A DNA stretch of 33,670 nt from an uncultured bacterium (GTDB lineage Bacteria > CSSED10-310 > CAZUFC01), in assembly GCA_964619725.1 (NCBI GenBank), contig CAZUFC010000042.1, positions 27,601-61,270 of the forward strand. Direction: 5' to 3'. The position numbers and the translations under genes were made by a program. A model generated the notes under the pieces. That model was not told the DNA's origin, searched no databases, and saw nothing but the letters and a program-made list of their open reading frames with translations. This document shows, piece after piece, positions 28,501 to 33,670 of this stretch (the first letter of the stretch is position 1; every line of letters starts with the position of its first letter).

Positions 28501-31221
28501 CAACATGTCCAGAAAAGCTGTGAGGTTACCCTCATAATAAATCGTATCTTCCGATTTTTTCAATAAACGCAGAAGTCTTTTCCTGTCGTAATCATAATAA
28601 GCCAACTCGGTTATGTATTCATAGGCCGTCTGAAAGTCGCCTTTCTTTTCCGCCATATCGGCTATAATAATAGCTCCTTCTACAATCGGTTTTCTCTCGG
28701 TAACGTCAGAATATTTCAAAAACTCATCCCATATAAGCAGCCAGGTATCCATCGGGAAATTATCCATTTGTGTTGTAAATTTAAGCGCGTTAAGCAAAAC
28801 TTCGTCGTCAGCATCCATGATGTAATTTTCGACCGCTTTTTTAACGTCGTTTGAATATTCATCAAAATGACTGATTAATTCTGCGAGTTGACGGACGTCC
28901 AATGCTTCCGGGAATCCTTCCAGTATCCAGTTCCTGAATCGGGAGGACCTGGTAGTCAAAAATTCCCCGAAAACGGCATAATACGCATCGGGATCATACA
29001 TAAGGTCTTCTCTGTATTTTTTCTTCTGATGAAGCCCTATATTGGGGTCTTTGACGATTTCAATTTTCCTTTCAACCGAAATCGCTTTTCCGGATTGCAT
29101 TAGAATCTCGCTCAATAAGCGCTTCGCTTCGCCGGGCAAGGGCTCATTCAAATAATCCTCTAGCGCTGACGCTTCCTCCATTTTCAATTCCGGAAGGTAA
29201 CGTTTCAGCAGCAGTTCGTAATCTTTCGCTTTAGGATCGGATTCTGGCGGAAAAGAATCGAGCAACAGTTTAACGGCGTCCAGAAGAGTAATATTTCGCT
29301 TCAGGGTTTCAAAGTGTTCCTGTTTTAATCTTCGGATGTAGTCGACGCCTTTTATGACATAATCTTTTCTGTCTGCTGCGACCAGTTTTTCAGCAATTTG
29401 ATCTTTTTGCCCATTCGGTATCTGTTTCCATTTTTGGTCCAGGACAGGGAGTATATCGGGTTGTTCTTTTGAGATAATAGTTTTAAGCGTTTCGACCATG
29501 GCAGGCATTTTCAGGTCATTAATCTTCTGAAGCAACTCCTTTTCCTTGCGTCCGCCCTGTCCGGCAAAAGTTGCTATCAATTTACCCTGAAAGTTTTCCG
29601 GTAATTCGTCCACATATTCCAGGAGATAATTCAGGTCGACCAAATCCTTGTTGACTTCCAGCAATTTGAAAAAGAGGTCCTTGTCCTCCTGTTTCAACCT
29701 GGGCAACAACTCCTCAAATATTTTTTTAGACGATAAAGACCCTTTTCTGATTAAAAAGGATATCAGCAGCTTGACCGTAAGGCTGAGTTCGTCGTCATCA
29801 AACGACTTTAAAATTTCGAAGGCCTTCGTCAGCTCAGAGCCGGTCCATTGGCGTTCCGTCAATCGATCGATAATGATCTTCCGGTGCTCCTCCCTGTGAA
29901 GCGGCAGAGTCTCCAATATCCATGGCGCATTGATCCGGACGTCGGAATTAATGAACGACATGGCCGCTTTCCTCCTGCTTTCGGTTTTCCTCAGCAGAAT
30001 GACCCGGTCGCATAAAACATCAAGCATACTTTTGTCGTTAAGGTTGATCAGGAATTCTATGGCGCTTTCTCGCACGTTTTGGCCGTTAACGAAACGCTCC
30101 ACCGCCGCCAGACGCTTCTTTGGATCAACCGACTCCATGAGCGTTTTGACTTTCGAGGCTAAAGGTCCCGGAAGCCTGTCCAACTCCTGAAGCGCTTCAT
30201 CTATATTTTCCCAGCGAATAAAGTCTTCAAGCAGTTGAGCGAACCTCTTTTCACGTTGCGGCCTGGAGAAAAAAACAGCGTTTTCCGACAGATCGATTAT
30301 CGTCGACAGACTGGCGCTCGCCAGCAGCTTCCTTATGCGCTCTCGAATATCCGCATTTTCCTCATCAAGATACCAGTTCAGAATCTCTCCGGCCGTCTCA
30401 TGCATGCCTTCTGTGCTTAACTTTCCTAATATTTTATCCTTTAATTCGTTTGTCCCGCGCTCGCGGACTTTTGAAATTACAAAATTCCTGTTTCCTGCTT
30501 CGGGATGCTCAAGAAGAATTTCCGCCGTCGCAGAAACGACTTCCGCAGATTCATCGTCCAATCTGCTTAGAATATAACCCCGGAAATCTTCCAGCGCTAT
30601 TTTAGATAATCCCCTGACCGAATGAAGCCTGATCTCGGCATCCTCATCTTCCAGCAAACGCTTGAAAGCATCAGCAGCCTCCTCCGGATATCCCATGTCC
30701 GCCAGCTCAAGCACAATCTCCTTCCTTTGACTGCGGCCCGCGTTGGAAAGCTGATCAAGCAGCCATCGCGTTCGTTGAAATTTCTGACGTATCTTATCCT
30801 CTTCCTCCTCTTCCCAGCGTCGGAAATCCGCAATCTTGCTGTATTTCGCTCCATATTGCCGGACACGCCGGATCAACTCCTCGTCGTTGGTCACGACTAC
30901 TATGCTCTGAGGCTCTAAACTCTTCCTCACAACTGATACTATGCGGTCATCCGCTTCCCTGGGCGGCCTGGAGTAAAGTATTGAAACGCGCCCCTGACTT
31001 CTTTCCAGATCGCTTTGATGTATCAGGCTCGTGTAATTGCTCTTGTTGTCGTAAACCAGGGTTATCGGTATCGACGTATTCGTGTGAAATCTCTGCATTA
31101 AAGAAAATACGTTCTGTCGGACCTTCTCCCATAAATTATGCTCTTCAACATAGTCGCGATCCCACAACGCTAAAATATAATTATAAGCATCGACGATGAT
31201 GCTTTTCGGTTTGCTCTTCAA
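25552..31221 (-). CDS. 1889-aa protein: N-terminal NYN (YacP/Rae1-like, PIN-fold) RNase domain, HEAT repeats, long helical/TPR-like solenoid, C-terminal coiled coil
   Basis: IIVDAYN...LVYD...YSRPPREADDRI...VVVTNDEEL; HEAT-like LLEDEDAEIRLHSVRGL, LDDESAEVVSATAEIL and LDEENADIRERIRKLL. Confidence 0.82.
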   Translation of the reverse strand: MKSKPKSIIVDAYNYILALWDRDYVEEHNLWEKVRQNVFSLMQRFHTNTSIPITLVYDNKSNYTSLIHQSDLERSQGRVSILYSRPPREADDRIVSVVRKSLEPQSIVVVTNDEELIRRVRQYGAKYSKIADFRRWEEEEEDKIRQKFQRTRWLLDQLSNAGRSQRKEIVLELADMGYPEEAADAFKRLLEDEDAEIRLHSVRGLSKIALEDFRGYILSRLDDESAEVVSATAEILLEHPEAGNRNFVISKVRERGTNELKDKILGKLSTEGMHETAGEILNWYLDEENADIRERIRKLLASASLSTIIDLSENAVFFSRPQREKRFAQLLEDFIRWENIDEALQELDRLPGPLASKVKTLMESVDPKKRLAAVERFVNGQNVRESAIEFLINLNDKSMLDVLCDRVILLRKTESRRKAAMSFINSDVRINAPWILETLPLHREEHRKIIIDRLTERQWTGSELTKAFEILKSFDDDELSLTVKLLISFLIRKGSLSSKKIFEELLPRLKQEDKDLFFKLLEVNKDLVDLNYLLEYVDELPENFQGKLIATFAGQGGRKEKELLQKINDLKMPAMVETLKTIISKEQPDILPVLDQKWKQIPNGQKDQIAEKLVAADRKDYVIKGVDYIRRLKQEHFETLKRNITLLDAVKLLLDSFPPESDPKAKDYELLLKRYLPELKMEEASALEDYLNEPLPGEAKRLLSEILMQSGKAISVERKIEIVKDPNIGLHQKKKYREDLMYDPDAYYAVFGEFLTTRSSRFRNWILEGFPEALDVRQLAELISHFDEYSNDVKKAVENYIMDADDEVLLNALKFTTQMDNFPMDTWLLIWDEFLKYSDVTERKPIVEGAIIIADMAEKKGDFQTAYEYITELAYYDYDRKRLLRLLKKSEDTIYYEGNLTAFLDMLAYRAREEKPVALQDIIEGLEKLQHFRDPEFFICFLEMLDEKLRPGRKQATSQMPKSTEEFGVLTKQHLKILLQRLFKNFDWPYGNWTLADVKLMLRLAEEMGMEDTEEYKRVRLLQCHYLYKESKHGEAYRLLQQYEPEELDEYLYFYLDGHLRMEADMAKAVSLFIDYIKRQEKKSLTDDEVVKIFDLLIEPDFPGFFIIKLMKMIRYAQTGQWRDALILCENLQSLYPLGRMSQYLRFREVFSSDDYEDLLQKALDVLNQDDKNLSDRVLIEFNSYLDKIKKAAPPGMELPEFEIMQICLDAARMNYQELMEIPEETLEKEPVLKELKTLIQIERKELKSAFEAWKKMKDPELLERIIRTAAEDPENYDELLSPLLHEMEAHNLHHLEEYAVLCVYLAIESGSFRRYLDKLEFRFPADYKERFTKALKKALSFRIFNKLFPATFVRTLRAGLNYDELEAFLELGVEKLAAEDLPLSETDTVMLRRALRRVEKEYEKAVPLTEKVRKRLFTGIELDGFELENYLSGKKCLSGREVMEKIRKILESKGYTEFLLDSFKKAAADDPTCKNNFPELKKYLVKQHFVDKLQKGEVFKAFQEINYLETIDDKTASELLGIFSKRLGAGAADVQNIFLENWQDLTFDYELLRSFLLSSIKNEKTDSLLRLQAAAKWQLMQPREDAEVRAVMMRLLFESKRYRDAYYAWMSTKSLAPHIIAQNTAYSVVPLGIVSEYLEKGDISTAADILNSVEFMRYLQTDEGALISAFLNYEIAAGEGERNDVDNKTIEEARRKIYKLVENPDLQVIGRYLMHTLVAIPGLGETPQQGLKKWAKLEKKKREILRRRNLAAKYDKYHGRTAQAKRIQREIEKLIVRNGKGIEEAEKMARRELDRVNARQNIRHGIFKKIEKLRDYENKAEEVEREKKEVIEEYNLAVLNPGKLVKLVRELERERLIHRQREHLDVNYIYGHVIEFLKEVMDIAGGKN

Positions 31222-31469
31222 TACTCACCGCCCCTTTAAAATCCTTTTGGTTTGCGTTCCCGGCAATGTCCTGTGCGGGGACGGACAAAAAATTAAAATA
31301 TCACGATACCGTGCCAAAACTCAACCCCCCTCGCTCACTGCCTTCAGCCGCTCGACTCCCTTTTTTCATTTATTTCCCGAACTTTTTTTTCAATACCCTG
31401 GAATAATTTTCAAAAAGGTTCTATAACATAAGGGGTTTTTCGCCGAGGATTCTTTTGACGGAGATTCTG

Positions 31470-32459
31470 ATGCAATACAAAGGAAAATACGAGATATTCG
31501 ATTATCAAAAAATAAAAAGGTATTCCCTGTCCGAACGCAAGAACAAGTTCAAGCGCGATATGCTTATCGAACCGTCCCAAACCGTTTCAAGCTCAGAACT
31601 TACGGCGCCGGAACATCTTAAAAGCGTCGCCGCCGCCGTCATCAAGGCTCATCGAAAAAAGCGCCCTGTCATCTGGATTTGCGGCGCCCATTTCCTTAAA
31701 AACGGTCTCTCTCCACTTCTGCTGCACCTGATGCGGCGAGGAATCATCACGCATGTCGCCGGCAACGGAGCTCTGGCCATACACGATTTTGAACTGGCGC
31801 TGATAGGAGAAACTTCGGAAAATGTTCCCGGCGCTTTGGGCAAGGGGCTTTTCGGCATGGCGAGGGAAACCGGCCGGTTGATGAATCTTTGCATCAATCA
31901 TGGTTATTCCCTTAAATTGGGTCTGGGCGAAAGCCTGGGGCGATTCATCAATGGCGAAGCCTTTCCTGAAAAAGCAGATTTCCGCTTTCCTGAATTATCT
32001 GTTTTCAGACTGGGGTATGAATTGAATATTCCCGTTACAGCTCACGTCTCTATCGGCTGCGACATTATTCATCAGCACCCGGAATTCGACGGATGCGCTA
32101 CAGGAGGCTGTTCCGCCATCGATTTCAGTATTTTTGCTCATGCCGTGGGCGAGCTCTACGGAGGAGGCGTCATTCTGAATATCGGATCAGCCGTCACCGG
32201 ACCGGAAATACTGCTGAAAGCCATTTCCATGAACGCCAACATCGGCAAATGCCCTCAAAATATCGTCACGGCCGATTTCGATATGAGAGTCGCTCCTGCT
32301 CATCAGGAAAATGAAAGCATTCCCTCATACTATTTCAGAGACATAAAATCCATAGTGGGAAGAATCCCCCGGGTCGCCCGCGGAACTGGTTACCTGATCG
32401 AAGGTAATCATAAAGATACCCTGCCGCTCTTCTACCAATTGATTTCCGAAAGGCTGTGA
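31470..32459 (+). CDS. Deoxyhypusine-synthase-like fold hypothetical protein
   Basis: GAHFLKNGL, HDFELAL.GETSENV, IGCDIIHQHP and NIGSAVTGPE motifs. Start is ATG 31470 or TTG 31455. Confidence 0.6.
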   Translation: MQYKGKYEIFDYQKIKRYSLSERKNKFKRDMLIEPSQTVSSSELTAPEHLKSVAAAVIKAHRKKRPVIWICGAHFLKNGLSPLLLHLMRRGIITHVAGNGALAIHDFELALIGETSENVPGALGKGLFGMARETGRLMNLCINHGYSLKLGLGESLGRFINGEAFPEKADFRFPELSVFRLGYELNIPVTAHVSIGCDIIHQHPEFDGCATGGCSAIDFSIFAHAVGELYGGGVILNIGSAVTGPEILLKAISMNANIGKCPQNIVTADFDMRVAPAHQENESIPSYYFRDIKSIVGRIPRVARGTGYLIEGNHKDTLPLFYQLISERL

Positions 32460-33574
32460 TGGCGACGAAAAAAATTTCCATGCTGAATCAGCTCCATAAG
32501 CTTGCCTTCTCAATTATAAAGCCGAATCATCCCTCCACGCTGGCCTTCTACGTCACCCTTCGATCAGAAAAGAATCCGCTCTTTCCTGAAAATCTTGAAA
32601 AATTGAAAAATCAGTTCAACCAACGGGAATTGTCTCTGAATGAATATAAACTCATCGCTCAAAGAGCCTCTCCGCTCTTTCACGTCCTTTTCGCCGGCGC
32701 TGATCCTTTTATGAGGGACGACCTGCCCGAATTAGTCCTCGCCTTTCCCCATTACGCCAAATCGCAACTCATCTCAATTACGACATGCATACCCGAAAAT
32801 CCCGCAGTACCGGAAGCTCTTTCAAAAATATGCGCGGATTGCCGAAACATCCCCATAAACCTTTACTGCATCATTCCGGTTGAATCTCTCTATGATCCCG
32901 CCGAACCTGATCTGTCACCCGATGAAAAATATCTGAACTCATTGGAACATTTGCAGCGATTAAGAGAAAAATTCGCCCATTTATCGTTCAATGTCATAAC
33001 CGCTGCAGGACCGCAAAAAGAGGATGAGCTGAAACGATACCTGGACTTTGTCCGTCGCAGATTGAAACCGGACTACCACCAGGTTGCCCTTACGGATCAT
33101 TCTTTCTGGGACCCTGATGATGACGGGCGGTACGACCTGTCCATTCGACTGATGAAAAACCAGGCCGGCTGGAGCTCGAAAAAAGCCGGTCGATTCCAGC
33201 GGTCCTTCAATGAATTGCTGCTGAATACGCATAAAAAAATTCATAAGACGCAGAAACTGCCTTATAAATGCCTGGCCGGTCGCAAGTTGGCCGTCTCCGA
33301 CCCCACAGGCATCATCTATCCATGCGAAACCCTCTGGTTCCATAAAGAAAAATTTCCCGCCTTCCGCGACTACAGAATCGGAAGTTTTCGCGTCACGGAT
33401 TATCGCTGGCCGATGATTCAGATGACCGATCAGTACCGGGAAATTACAGAATTCATCAAAAATAAAGGTTGCCTCTGCGCCTGGGAGCATGCTTCAGCCT
33501 GTTCGCTGATGCATTCGGCATCTCACTGGATTAAAGTGGTCAAAAAAGTATTCAAACCCCGTCGCAATGCGTGA
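32456..33574 (+). CDS. Radical SAM/SPASM-like protein lacking the CxxxCxxC motif
   Basis: FYVTLR start strand, GADPFMRDDL (GGEP equivalent), C-terminal CLAGR...GIIYPCE...CLC; overlaps the upstream stop (GTGA). Confidence 0.7.
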   Translation: MMATKKISMLNQLHKLAFSIIKPNHPSTLAFYVTLRSEKNPLFPENLEKLKNQFNQRELSLNEYKLIAQRASPLFHVLFAGADPFMRDDLPELVLAFPHYAKSQLISITTCIPENPAVPEALSKICADCRNIPINLYCIIPVESLYDPAEPDLSPDEKYLNSLEHLQRLREKFAHLSFNVITAAGPQKEDELKRYLDFVRRRLKPDYHQVALTDHSFWDPDDDGRYDLSIRLMKNQAGWSSKKAGRFQRSFNELLLNTHKKIHKTQKLPYKCLAGRKLAVSDPTGIIYPCETLWFHKEKFPAFRDYRIGSFRVTDYRWPMIQMTDQYREITEFIKNKGCLCAWEHASACSLMHSASHWIKVVKKVFKPRRNA

Positions 33575-33670
33575 GCTTTCCGCTTGTCGGAAAATGTGTT
33601 CTCGCGCGAATGATAAGTGTCCTTCCGGTAAGCATGCACAGGGCAAATTTTTTTCCACGGCAAGGCATGA

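Noticed and set aside
31301-31317. sigma54 promoter for the NYN operon (TTGGCACG)
   Set aside because: The -24 element is perfect but there is no GC at -12 with the required spacing.
488-33490. Numerous short antisense or alternate-frame ORFs in the track
   Set aside because: They lie within well-supported genes and show no motifs.

Overview
Bacterial chromosomal window of about 45% GC, probably from an anaerobic diderm; the taxon cannot be determined from sequence alone. In order it holds: a non-coding 76-bp hairpin tandem repeat; an EamA/DMT transporter; a secreted S8 protease with a W/F-x-D repeat tail; a GAF-PAS hybrid histidine kinase; a porin-cytochrome (MtrAB-like) operon; a GT-C glycosyltransferase; an ECF-sigma / zinc anti-sigma / transglutaminase-like+ClpN three-gene module; a membrane-anchored hypothetical protein and rlmH; an ORF-less sigma54 promoter-to-terminator unit (candidate sRNA); a second GT-C-like protein; pta; an operon of a 1889-aa NYN/YacP-type RNase-HEAT/TPR solenoid protein, a 72-aa acidic protein and a divergent Hsp70; a DHS-like hypothetical protein; and a radical-SAM-like protein lacking CxxxCxxC. 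The porin gene, split in two by the ORF track, reads through an in-frame TGA followed by a SECIS-like hairpin (selenoprotein). It sits behind a sigma54 promoter with an adjacent enhancer-binding protein gene. The best candidates for undescribed biology are the NYN-solenoid/Hsp70 operon, the ECF-ZAS-TGase/ClpN module and the sigma54 sRNA. All family calls come from motif recognition by eye; no searches were run.
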